DNA from: Octopus sinensis
Lineage: Eukaryota
Assembly: GCF_006345805.1 (NCBI RefSeq)
Contig: NC_042999.1
Span: forward strand, 14,756,001 to 14,820,000
Reading direction: 5' to 3'
Length of the DNA stretch: 64,000 nt
Shown: piece after piece, positions 36,967 to 48,874 of the stretch
How the letters are laid out: each line of letters starts with the position of its first letter
Numbering within the stretch: the first letter of the stretch is position 1
The notes under the pieces: model-generated
Told to the model about the DNA's origin: nothing
Databases searched by the model: none
Seen by the model: the letters and a program-made list of their open reading frames with translations, nothing else
Position numbers and translations under genes: made by a program

Positions 36967-36970
<4 letters not shown>
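36775..36970 (-). mobile_element. Penelope-like terminal repeat fragment with mutated hammerhead core
   Basis: Minus strand CTGACGAAGAGCTCCGCTCAAAACGTT at 36894-36868; homologous to 59270-59440. Confidence 0.6.
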
Positions 36971-37007
<37 letters not shown>

Positions 37008-37464
37008 CATTTAAAGATATATATATACACACACACACATGCATGCACACTCACACATACATACACATAAACATGCATACATGCACATACATACAAAATG
37101 CTTTTATTGACTGCATTACTATTACTCTAAAATTTAATGCTTATGCATTCTGAAATTGCAGTGGAGCAATGGTCTAGGTATTTTACAATACTTCTTTGCT
37201 AATCTCCAAGCAAGTTCTGAGTTCAAATTCTGCTTTGATCAATTTTGTTTATTTTTTTTTTATTTTTGTCTTTTTTGAATTAATAAAATACAATTAGTGT
37301 TCCAGTGTTAATTTAATTAATTATAATGTTTCTCTATTGAAGAATTGTCCAGAAACATCATGAAAAATTTGTTACTATGAAATGGCTGTAGGCTGCAGTG
37401 ATTTTTAAACATCTATTAAAACAAATGTTATTTTTTAGTTTGTTGTGGATGGCAGATATGATTG

Positions 37465-38031
37465 TATTGGGTTGTCCGGAAAGTTGTATTGGGTTAAAGG
37501 AAAGAGAAAGGTCAATAAATACTTGCCATTACATTTTTAATCAACCAAATATCAACCATTTTGTTGCACAATGCATCTCCATCTTTCCTTTAACTTGAAA
37601 ATACCCTCTTCCCAGAATTGAGGTGGTTTCATGGCAAAGAATTCATCAAGGTATCTTTTTAAGTCATCCAAGGAACTGAAATTTTTACCATTAAGACTAT
37701 TCTGCAGAGACCTGAATAAGTGGAAATCCAAAGGAACAATATCTGGTGAATATGGAGGGTGGGGTAACACATCCCAGCCGAGCTGCAGCAATTTTTGTCT
37801 GGTTCCCGAAGCATCAAGTGTCGAAAATGAACTTTCTTATCTTCCATTTTAACGGGTTACAGAATTAACACAGGTTATAGTAACATAAACCTTCTTCCAC
37901 GAAAAGATAGCTTAGACTGTGCTCTAAATGGAGGTGTGGTAAAATCCTATTTCATGGACTCAACCATGTTCAAAAATAAATCGAAAGGTAAGCTGCTATA
38001 AATCGGCATGAACTTTCCGGACACCCCAATA
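37465..38031 (-). mobile_element. Non-autonomous mariner derivative with transposase C-terminal remnant
   Basis: TA-flanked TIRs. ORF 37552..37791 reads VLPHPPYSPDIVPLDFHLFRSLQNSL...WEEGIFKLKERW, the mariner YSPDLAPxD motif region. Confidence 0.9.
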
Positions 38032-38346
38032 CATTTCATTTAATATCTGTTATTTGAAGCTAGAATTGTTTAGAAGGGGAGTAATTGAGGCAGTAATTTT
38101 TTTAATGCCTGGATGCTCTTTCTGTCACCAACCATGCCTATTTTTCATGGAAAGAATTCACTTTATATAATTCTGGAGGAGTTCAAAATGCAGAAATAGT
38201 TGGCAATTTTTCTTGACAGGAAATGCCAACAAATGACATTTGTCAGTGACCAGGCTACAAACCATGCCCACACCAAGCTGCAAGCCATGATGTCACAGTC
38301 TGCAATTGCAGATTATTTGTGATTGTTAACAGTCCTATACATGTTT

Positions 38347-38389
<43 letters not shown>

Positions 38390-38987
38390 ACATGAACATA
38401 CACACAATAGATACCTATCAGTTTCCCGCAAATAGATTTCCTCACAAGGCACTGATCAATCAGGGGCCATTGTTAAAAGGCATTTACCTAAGGCGCTGCA
38501 CAATAGTACTAAATCCAAAGCTGCAGTCAATAAGTTGACTCAACTGCATAGCCATACCTGGAGTGATTTTTAAACACCTGGCTATAATTATTTATTAACC
38601 AGCAAATGGCTATCGCACACCTTGCTATAACCAACAGACACAATGAAGTTAATTGCTAAATGCTCTAACAATCAGCAGTCAGCAATTAAAGCAATTTCCT
38701 ATAATTGTAAACATGACTGTGACATTGGAATATAAACAGATTGTTGCAGATGTTATGGTGATTCTTAAATTTATCATGATTTATAAACGCCTTATACTGA
38801 AGAATTAATTATTTAATAATAACGATGATGTCAGTAATTAACATCAAAATCAATGATTAGCTTCTTTTGTGATTAACCTAATTATTAGCTCATTATAGAA
38901 ATATAACTCTTCATAAAGTAATTATTGCAGTGATTTTCTTAAGAATCGTCTTTATCTTGTACTCATTCCAGTCACTGGAACATTTAA

Positions 38988-40024
38988 CCCTTTCGTTACT
39001 GTATTTCTGTTGAGATGCTCTGTGTTTCTTTCAATTATTTTAAATATAACAAAGAATTTTGTAAAATAACTTAGTTATCATTCAGCTAGTGTTAGGAACA
39101 TGACTAAGGTTTGGTATCAAAAGGGTTAAGAATTGTTTTTCTATTATATATTTTAACCCTTTTGTTACCATATTTCTGTTGAGATGCTCTGTGTTTCTTT
39201 CAATTATTTTAAATATAACAAAGAATTTTGTAAAATAACTTAGTTATCATTCAGCTAGTTTTAGGAACATGACTAAGGTTTGGTATCAAAAGGGTTAAGA
39301 ATTGTTTTTCTATTATATATTTTAACCCTTTTGTTACCATATTTCTGTTGAGATGCTCTGTGTTTCTTTCAATTATTTTAAATATAACAAAGAATTTTGT
39401 AAAATAACTTAGTTATCATTCAGCTAGTGTTAGGAACATGACTAAGGTTTGGTGGAATATTTTAATTCAGAACTTATGAAAACAAGACATTTTAACTCAA
39501 AACCAGAGCTGGTTTCAGCCAGGTTGGTATCAAAAGGGTTACGAATTGTTTTCTATTATATATTTTAACCTTTTTGTTACCATATTTCTGATGGGATGCT
39601 CTGTGTTTCTTTCAATTACTTTAAATATAACAAAGAATTTTGTAAAATAACTTAGTTATCATTCAGCTAGTGTTAGGAACATGACTAAGGTTTGGTGGAA
39701 TATTTTAATTCAGAACTTATGAAAACAAGACATTTTAACTCAAAACCAGAGCTGGTTTCAGCCAGGTTGGTATCAAAAGGGTAACGAATTGTTTTCTATT
39801 ATATATTTTAACCCTTTTGTTACCATATTTCTGATGGGATGCTCTGTGTTTCTTTCAATTACTTTAAATATAACAAAGAATTTTGTAAAATAACTTAGTT
39901 ATCATTCAGCTAGTGTTAGGAACGTGATTAAGGTTTGGTGGAATATTTTAATTCAAAACTTATGAAAACAAGACATTTTACCACAGAGCCAGAGCCGGTT
40001 TTGGCCAGGTTAGTAACAAAAGGG
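38988..40024 (+). repeat. Tandem array of five piggyBac-MITE units joined by a 23-bp spacer
   Basis: Units start at 38988, 39157, 39326, 39569 and 39812 (periods 169, 169, 243, 243). Spacer gaattgtttttctattatatatt lies between TTAA-like sites. Confidence 0.9.
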
Positions 40025-40549
40025 TTAAGAGGGCTCTTTAAATGCTTAGACATATATACATAAACATACATACACATCTGCTCATATACATATATACACG
40101 TTCATGTGTGCACACAGAAAATGCTTTTATCGACTGCACCAGTTATTTTAATTGTGGTCATACTGGAGCACTACTTAGAAGGGTTTAGTCAAACAGGTTT
40201 ATCCCAGAACTTATGTTTTTTTTTTTTAAATTTGGTACTTATTCTATTGGTCTCTTGTCAAACTGCTAAGTTACAAGGATCTAAACAAACCAACACCGAT
40301 TGTCAAGTGGGGGGGGTACCCACACACACACACACATATGGGCTTCTGTCAATTTCCTTCAACCAAACCCACTCAAAGGCATTAGCTGACCTGAGGCTAT
40401 AGAAGACACTTGCCCAAGGTGCCACACACTGGGACTGAACCCAAAACCACATGGTTGTGAAGCAAACTTCTTATTACACTGCCATGCTTGCAACTATTTG
40501 AAGAGTTTACATCAGAATTACAAACTCTCAAGCACTCATTTATATTGTG

Positions 40550-41300
40550 GCATTACTCTTTCTTTCTACTAAAGGCACAAGGCCTGAAATTTATGGGGAG
40601 GGGGTGGAGTCGATTACATTGACCCCAGTGTTTCACTGGTACTTAATTTATGAACCTCAAAAGGATGAAAAGCAAAGTCAACCTCAGCAGAATTTGAATG
40701 ATCCCTTGTATAATAATCCTTTCAACAATAGGCACAAGGCCTGAAATTTATGGGGAGGGAACTAGTTGATTACACTGACCCCAGTGTTTCACTGGTACTT
40801 ACTTTATCGACCCTGAAAGAATGAAAGGCAAAGTCGACCTCGGCAGAATTTGAACTCAGAACATAGCGGCAGACGAAATACCTATTTCTGTACTACCCAC
40901 AAGGGGCTGAACACAGAGAGGACAAACAAGGAGAGACAAATAGATTAAGTCGATTATATCGACCCCAGTGCGTAACTGGTACTTATTTAATCAACCCCGA
41001 AAGGATGAAAGGCAAAGTCGACCTCGGTGGAATTTGAACTCAGAATGTAGCAGCAAACAAAATACCTATTTCTTTACTACCCACAAGGGGCTAAACACAG
41101 AGAGGACAAACAAGGACAGATAAATGGATTAAGTCGATTATATCGACCCCAATGCATAACTGGTACTTATTTAATCAACCCCGAAAGGATGAAAGGCAAA
41201 GTCGACCTCAGTGGAATTTGAACTCAGAACATAGCTGCAGATGAAATACCGCTAAACATTTCGCCCGGCATGCTAATGATTCTGCCAGCTTGCTGCCTTC
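40550..41300 (-). repeat. Mixed SINE-B array (three B1-tail units followed by B2-tail units)
   Basis: Repeated gaccccgaaaggatgaaaggcaaagtcgacc core with both tail types; B1 junction gacgaaatacctatttc. Confidence 0.85.
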
Positions 41301-42249
41301 ACATTGCAGCAAAACTGACAATAATACTGGTAGGTATTTACTTATTTACCTAATTACAGTTATATGAACTGGTTTAGCAAGAGGGAAATGTTTAGCAATA
41401 GACAGTGTGTAGCGCAACCGATCAAATTTGCACTACTTAACCTAGAGCTGACGATCCAGCAGAATATGGATTTGGAGAGCTTTGAAGCACACTGAACTTC
41501 CATAACAAACAAATCGTATTCTCTTCATCAATAATTCATGTCAAGTTTCCAACATATCAGATTATAATCAAACATTTGCAACACATGCCTTATAGATACC
41601 TTTTATCATCACCACAATCTGAGTAAACTTCCTTGCACTTCATACTTTAGCCTCACTACTTATAGCTGAACTCCAGTCAGCAGCATTGATTACATTTCAT
41701 CAAGGACACGTAATTTATATGCTGCTAATGATGATCAATGACTCCGGTTTGGCTATTGTCTTTTATTCAGATGCTTTTACTGCAGCGTTGCTGTACTTTG
41801 AGCCCCTTAAACAATAGATGCACTGTCAGTCTGCCAGAAACACTATTGTCGTTTTGCTTTGCATGATTTTGAAATTATCTAATGCGTTTTGGAAGAAGCC
41901 TCAACATATTTGATGTATTATTCAACATAACCTCTTCTTTGTTGGGACAAGAGCTATTTGTTGTAAATGGTGTTTGTCTAATTGACTGGCTCCTGGTTTT
42001 AATAAAGATATGTTAGTTTTCAGTGTTGTTTCTATCTGTTAGTAATCTTTGCTTGAATAAAAGGTAGTCAAATTTAGAACGATGCGGTCTGCATTTATCA
42101 TATAAAAAGGGAGAGAAAATTTGGCACTGCTTATTTGCATTGCCTATTTGGCACTGATTTATTTGATATCAAATCTTTTAATGTTTTCATTGTTCTCTCC
42201 TGAATTCTCTCTCTCTGAGTATATTTCTCTGTATGTGTACATGGAGAGA

Positions 42250-42471
42250 AGGCGGAGAGCTGGCAGAAACGTTAGCATGCTGGGTGAAATGCTTAGTGGC
42301 ATTTCATCTGCCGCTACGTTCTGAGTTCAAATACCGCCGAGGTCGACTTTGCCTTTCATCCTTTCAGGGTCGATAAATTAAGTACCAGTTACCAGATGTA
42401 ATTGACTTAATCTGTTTGTCTGTGCTTGTTTGTCCTCTCTGTGTTTAGCCCCTTGTGGGTAGTAAAGAAAT
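42250..42471 (+). mobile_element. SINE-B monomer
   Basis: A-box tggcagaaacg, B-box gagttcaaa; degenerate TSD tgtgt(a/t)ca(t/a)ggagag. Confidence 0.9.
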
Positions 42472-42726
42472 ATGTGTTCAAGGAGAGGGAAAATACGTTG
42501 GTCATATTCAATAAATAAAATGCAATGTCTCTTTCCCTTTTTCTGTTTGTAAGAGTAAGAGAATGAATGAGTGAGTGTGAATATGATTGTGTGTGTATAT
42601 TTACCTCCAGCACCGAAAAGTAATGTTGCTAAAACAGATCGAATGTCCAGTCAGCTGTGCAAGATCGGCTATGTCCAAGTAACTGTGTGAAACTATGACG
42701 TTCCATTCCCAGAGTATAGTCTAAAA

Positions 42727-43187
42727 CCCTTTTGTTACTGAATTTATTTTGAGATGCTTTGTGTTTCTTTCAATTAATTTTAAATATAACAAAGAATTTA
42801 GTAAAATACCTTAGTTATCATTACGCTAGTGTTAGGAACATAAATTGTGACTAACGTTTGGTGGAAGATTTTAATTCAAAACTTATGGAAACAAGACATT
42901 TGTACTCCAGAACCAGAGGCAGATTCTGCTCGGTTGGTATCAAAAGGATTAAGAATTGTTTCTCTGTTATATATTTTAACCCTTTTGTTACCATATTTCT
43001 GTTGAGGTGCTCTGTGTTTCTTTCAATTACTTTAAATATAACAAAGAATTTAGTAAAACAACTTAGTTATCATTAAGCTAGTGTTAGGAACATAAATTGT
43101 GACTTGGTGGAAGATTTTAATTCCAAACTTATGAAAACGAGACATTTGTACTCAGAGCCTATTTCAGCTGGGTTGGTAACGAAAGGT
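42727..43187 (+). repeat. Dimer of piggyBac-MITE with the same spacer
   Basis: Two units separated by ttaa-gaattgtttctctgttatatatt-ttaa. Confidence 0.85.
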
Positions 43188-43539
43188 TTAAACGCTTATT
43201 TCAACCCCTGAGGAAAATTCAGTTGCTATATTGATCCCACATCAAAGGGTGGGTTTTTTTCCTTTTCACTGGTCATTTTACTTTTTGTAAATTATATTAG
43301 TTAGTCTGATGAAGAAGAACAGCATTCTGTAACTGTTGCGGTTTCTTTCACTTAAAATGAAACAAGAATTTTAAACTGCTGATGTTAAATATCTTTGTGG
43401 AAAATATGGCATGAATGGTTCCAAGGCAGTGTTGGATTAACCCTGAAGCAAAATAAGCATGGGAAGGTCGGCACCACATATATGGTAAATGGTTTTCAGC
43501 ACAAAAGAAATCATATTAAACTTGCTAAAATAACACTTG

Positions 43540-43745
43540 GGATACCTTATTGCTACTGAGTACAGAAGCAGATGTGTTACCTAAGATTAATTTTGAGGAT
43601 CTGATCAAAGACTTTGTAATCAAAGAAATTACAAGAAAACTTTTTGAATCTAAATAAAGTGGAACTACACAAATATAAGCATTTTCTATCTTACTGTTAG
43701 TTTTGTTTCATTTTGGAAAATATAAATTTTATGGTTTATTATTGT
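43540..43745 (+). mobile_element. hAT (ZMYM1-like) transposase C-terminal remnant, second copy
   Basis: LLLSTEADVLPKINFEDLIKDFVIKE; homologous to 31255-31480 including the 3' flank. Confidence 0.65.
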
Positions 43746-43757
43746 TTATATTTTGTA

Positions 43758-44154
43758 TCACACACACACATATATAAAGCTGAAGTTGTCTGTGTGCGGC
43801 AGGTTTGATAGCCTTCAACTAACACTATCTCCTCTGAGACCCTGCGGTGCAAGTTGACCAAAATTGAGAGTAAGATAGAAGAAGGCTTGCTCTTCCTTCC
43901 ATAGAAGAAAAAATTCAAATCGGACCATGTTAACACCAAAAATTATTTACATCAAAAAGGTGCTTTTTTTCTATGAAAATCCCTAATTTTTACAATGTTT
44001 TGACTGCTGTGTCGCCATATTTTGGTGTATTTCAACCAGAAAAATGTTCACTTAAAGAGAATAACAAGCTACATAATGCAAAATATTTACTTTTCAAAAA
44101 TTCCAATTCTAAAGGGTTGAAACATACCCGAGCAATGCTGGGCAATACTGCTAG
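43758..44154 (+). mobile_element. Non-autonomous Helitron (same family)
   Basis: A|TC start, cccgagcaatgctggg hairpin, CTAG|T end. Confidence 0.85.
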
Positions 44155-44166
44155 TATATACATAAA

Positions 44167-44396
44167 GGCGGCGAGCTGGCAGACACGTTAGCGCGCCGGG
44201 TGAAATGCTTAGCGGTATTTCGTCTGTCGTTACGTTCTGAGTTCAAATTCCGCCGAGGTCAACTTTGCCTTTCATCCTTTCGGGGTCGATAAATAAAGTA
44301 CCAGTTTCGCACTGGGGGCGATATAATCGACTCAATCCCTTCGTCTGTCCTTGTTTGTCCCCTCTATGTTTAGCCCCTTGTGGGCAGTAAAGAAAT
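44167..44396 (+). mobile_element. SINE-B monomer
   Basis: Full-length copy in an AT-rich site next to the Helitron end. Confidence 0.9.
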
Positions 44397-44700
44397 ATAT
44401 ATATATATATGGGGATATTAAAATCTTTTAAGTGCTTAGGGCTTCTATGGATCTTAATATGTTCTGTTTCAAGTGAGTATATTTCTAGAGAGAGATGGAA
44501 AAAATTTAAAGTTTGGTAGATTATGACCAAGTGAAGTTCATGAGAGTCATTGATAGTTCTACTGTAACAGTGTTTTGAATTTGGAACCATATTCTGAATG
44601 GAATGTAAGTTATTCTACTGAAATTTACCCAAGGCATACAGTCCTCATAGCCAAAGTTTTCTTGGAAATTTCATATTATGACCACTGGTTCTCAACCATT

Positions 44701-45063
44701 TTTTCTCTCCACCTTAGCACAGGCCGAGGTTTTGTTTTCAGTCATGTTAGTTTGACCATGGACAAGATATCTCAAGAACCGCTGGGTGGATTTGAGTGAA
44801 CCTTTCAGGGATGTTTGGCCCCATGACTGGTACAAACTGATTAGATTTTGGAATCAATCCAGTACTGAACAAGGATTCTAGATTATTTTTCCTGTTTTTT
44901 TACTTAATTTTTGAGAGTGGCCGGATTCATTTTTAGTATTCTCATTTGTAAGAGTAGTCGAGTTTATTTCAGATATTCCATTTTAAAAATCCTTTCTGGC
45001 TAATCGTTGAGAGGACGTTGGTGTTGCCTTGGCAGAGGTTTGCACTCCCTGAGTGCTCTCGTT
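44701..45063 (+). mobile_element. Helentron/HINE-like non-autonomous element
   Basis: T-run start, degenerate subterminal inverted repeats (ctccaccttagc / gccttggcagag), terminal hairpin gcactccctgagtgc followed by TT. Confidence 0.55.
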
Positions 45064-45541
45064 TGCTAATGGATCCCTTTGATTCCTATTTTACTTTGGC
45101 AGACCTCAACACCATTGCCATTCAAAGGTAAAAAAATTCTGTGATATTTTTATAATAAAATATAAGGAATTGCATAAACAAAACTGTTTAAATATTTTGT
45201 GTACTGTAGAAATATAACTGATTTATTGCACATAAGTTTTAACAACAAAATCTTATATGGACCCATAAGGGTCAGATTATTGATACAATTGAAACTACAT
45301 TCATTCTTCCACTTCAATCCAAACTGCAACATTGAACTTCTGTTGTGTGTAGCCAACACAATAACTGACTAAAAGATTAGAAAGTTGGGTAAGTCTAGAG
45401 AAGTTAAAACAGAAGACATAGGAAAGGTACAACATAGCTGTGGCACTTCTGGTTGTGGTGTATGAGAGAGTGAAGTCTAAGGAACCAGATTATTACTTAG
45501 GATAAAGTCTAATGTTACTCAACCACAGATCAGCTCTGAAT

Positions 45542-45996
45542 CCCTGGGCATGGATACATTGAAACTCCGACATCTGGCAGCTGACTTGGCAGACACCCAT
45601 AAAATTATTAACCATCTTACAAGCAATAACTCTGAGCACCTTTTCAAACTCCATCTGTCTAACACCCGTGGACATGTTTACAAAGTCAGAAAACAGCACA
45701 GCTCCTATGACTTTTGGAAACATTTTTTCATGCTAAGAGTTGCTGAAGCATGGAACAAACTGCTGGCATCAGTTGTTAGTTGTCGGAGCACTGCATCCTT
45801 CAAAACTTCCATGCTTCCTGAGATTCGCCAACACTACACCTGATTTTCTCCCCTCCATACACATATAAGCATGTACCTGACTCATACACTGTTCACTTCC
45901 CAGACATTTGTACATTACCGCAGATGCTTTATACACACTTTTGACAAGTTGTGGTGCACCTGAGCACTGTATACAATAATTTCATTATATTATATT
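45542..45996 (+). mobile_element. 5'-truncated CR1-like LINE (ORF2 C-terminus plus 3' UTR)
   Basis: ORF 45550..45843 with DL..HKI...F...TRGH.YK...FF..RV..AWNKL...FK, typical of the CR1-clade post-RT region; (attat)n tail. Confidence 0.8.
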
Positions 45997-46111
45997 ATAA
46001 AGTCTAATGTTACTCAACCACAGATCAGCTCTGAATTAGTGGATCTACAAATAAAAGCATTTCAACTTTGACCATTCTGATATTTTTAGCATATCTAGGA
46101 TTATATTATTA

Positions 46112-46505
46112 CTAGCAGTATCGCCCAGTGTTGCTCGGGTTTGTTTCTGCCCTTTAGAATTGGAATTTTTTAAAAGTAAAAATTTCGCATTATGTAGTTT
46201 GTTATTCTCTTTAAGTGAACATTTTTCTGGTTGAAATACACCGAAAAAATGGCAACACAGCAGTAAAACAAATCATAAAATATAAGGATTTTCATAGAAA
46301 AAAACCACCTTTTTGATGTAAACGATTTTTTATCTTAACATAGTCCGATTTGAATTTTTTCTTCTACAGAATGAAGAGCAAACCTTCTTCTATCATTCTC
46401 TCAATTTTGGTTAACTTGTGCCACAGGGTCTCGGAGGAGATAGTGTTAGTTGAAGGCTACCAAACCTGCCATACACAGACAACTTCAGCTTTATATGTAG
46501 AGAGA
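46112..46505 (-). mobile_element. Non-autonomous Helitron (same family)
   Basis: Same termini and interior as 22149-22517. Confidence 0.85.
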
Positions 46506-47140
46506 TTTAATGTATTCCATCTTTTAAAACAACAGTGTGTGACTTGAGTGAGATTTGGTTGCTATATCTAGCACACTGAGCAATCACAGAGCTCCTAATT
46601 TGGTTTCAGAGGGTTTGTATGTATGGGAATGCACAAGAGTTTGACAAACAGCTGTATTGTCCTTTGTCACTGGGTTTCAGTTCACCATTTCACCTTCAGA
46701 TATAGATTTATGACAAATTCTTAATTGAGTAAAAAGTCTACAAACTTATAAAAAATGAAAATACTTTGAACAGATTAACATAACCTTCATCCCTCCACCC
46801 TACCCTACCCTGCCACTACAGATAAAACCGATAAATCTGGATAAAGTTCAAACTCATAACCAAATTATTGGATGAACACAAAATACGCTGTGAATAAATT
46901 CAGTGGTCATGTGGTAAAAAGTTTGCTTCCTAACCACATAGTTCTGGGTTCTGTTCCATCGCATGGCACCTTTGGCACATGTCTATTATATCCTCAAGCT
47001 GGCCAAAGCCTTCTGAGTGAATTTACTAGACAGAAACTGAGAGAAATATGTTGTGTATGTGTGGATGTGTGTATATTGTACAATAATCCCTTGCCATATA
47101 ATGGTTCCCCTATCGTGCTTTATTATTTAAGCTTATGTGA

Positions 47141-48076
47141 AGGTGGCAAGCTGGCAGAAATGTTAGCACACCGGGAGAAATGCTTAGCCGTATTTTGTCT
47201 GCCGTTACATTTTGAGTTCAAATTCTGCCAAGGTCAACTTTGCCATTCATCCTTTCAGGGTCGATAAATTAAGTACCAGTTATGCACTGAGGTCAATGTA
47301 ATCGACTTAATCCGTTTGTCTGTTCTTGTTTGTCCCCTCTGTGTTTAGCCCCTTGTGGGTAGTAAAGAAATAGGTATTTCGTCTGCCGCTACGTTCTGAA
47401 TTCAAATTCCGCCAAGGTCGACTTTGCCTTTCATCCTTTCGAGGTTGATTAAATAAGTAGCAGTTACGCACTGGGGTCGATATAATCGACTTAATCCGTT
47501 TGTCTGTCCTTGTTTGTCCTCTATGTGTTTAGCCCCTTGTGGGTAGTAAAGAAATAGGTATTTCGTCTGCCGCTATGTTCTGAGTTCAAATTCCACCGAG
47601 GTCGACTTTGCCTTTCATCCTTTCGGGATCGATAAATTAAGGACCAGTTACGCACTGGGGTTGATATAATCAACTTAATCTGTTTGTCTGTCCTTGTTTG
47701 TCCTCTCTGTGTTTAGCCCCTTGTGGGTAGTAAAGAAATAGGTATTTCATCTGCCGCTACGTTCTGAATTCAAATTCCGCCGAGGTCGACTTTGCCTTTC
47801 ATCCTTTCGGGGTTGATTAAATAAGTACCAGTTACGCACTGGGGTCGATATAATCGACTTAATCCATTTGTCTGTCCTTGTTTGTTCTCTCTGTGTTTAG
47901 CCCGTTGTGGGTAGTAAAGAAATAGGTATTTCGTCTGTTTTTACCTTCTAAGTTCAAATTCTGCTGAGGTCGAGTTTGCCTTTCATCCTTTTGGGGTCGA
48001 TTAAATAAGTACCAGTTATGCACTGGGGTCGATATAATCGACTTAATCCCTTTGTCTGTCCTTGTTTGTCCTCTCT
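47141..48076 (+). repeat. SINE-B pentamer (184-bp period), last unit 3'-truncated
   Basis: Junctions at 47374, 47558, 47742 and 47926. Confidence 0.95.
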
Positions 48077-48450
48077 CAAACAGAAAGAAAAAAGACTGAA
48101 GATTTTTAGCCGATGAATATTTAAGGATAAATATATAGATATTTATATATTAAAAAATGAATGTTACACAGAGTGTAAGACGACAGAGAAAATTAAAGGG
48201 GAAGAATTATGGAGTTGTAAGTTCAACAGCTGTTTCTGAGTGCTCAGAGATCTCTGAGCTCTTTGATTGATAACACTTTACTTCTTCCACTTCTGTTGTT
48301 TTTTACTCTGTGTAAGTTTGATCTATCAATATATAAATATTTATATATATTCATACTTAAGTATTCATTGTCTGGAAATCTTCAGTTTTTGTTTTGCTTA
48401 CACATACACACACACACACAAACATACATGCACATAAACACACTTATATA

Positions 48451-48665
48451 CTCTTTTACTTGTTTCAGTCATTTGACTGCGGCCATGCTGGAGCACCGCC
48501 TTTAGTCGAGCAAATCGACCCCAGGACTTATTCTTTGTGTAAGCCTAGTACTTATTTTATCGGTCTCTTTTGCCGAACCGCTAAGTTACGGGGGCGTAAA
48601 CACACCAGCATCGGTTGTCAAGTGATGTTGAGGGGACAAACACAGACACACAAACATATACACAC

Positions 48666-48702
<37 letters not shown>

Positions 48703-48874
48703 CATAAATACGACGGGCTTCTTTCAGTTTCCGTCAACCAAATCCACTCACAAGGCTTTGGTTGGCCCGAGGCTATAGTAGAAGACACTTGCCCAAGGTC
48801 CCACGCAGTGGGACTGAACCTGGAACCATGGGGTTTGTAAGCAAGCTACTTACCACACAGCCACTCCTATGCCT
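48451..48874 (-). mobile_element. SINE-A, full length
   Basis: Near-consensus copy. Confidence 0.9.

Noticed and set aside
41400-42000. Unique-looking segment with faint RTE endonuclease-like words on the minus strand
   Set aside because: Too degraded to assign by eye; multiple stops in all frames.
43306-43338. Another hammerhead-like CTGATGA motif
   Set aside because: The GAAA core is replaced by GTAA and stems I and III are not evident.
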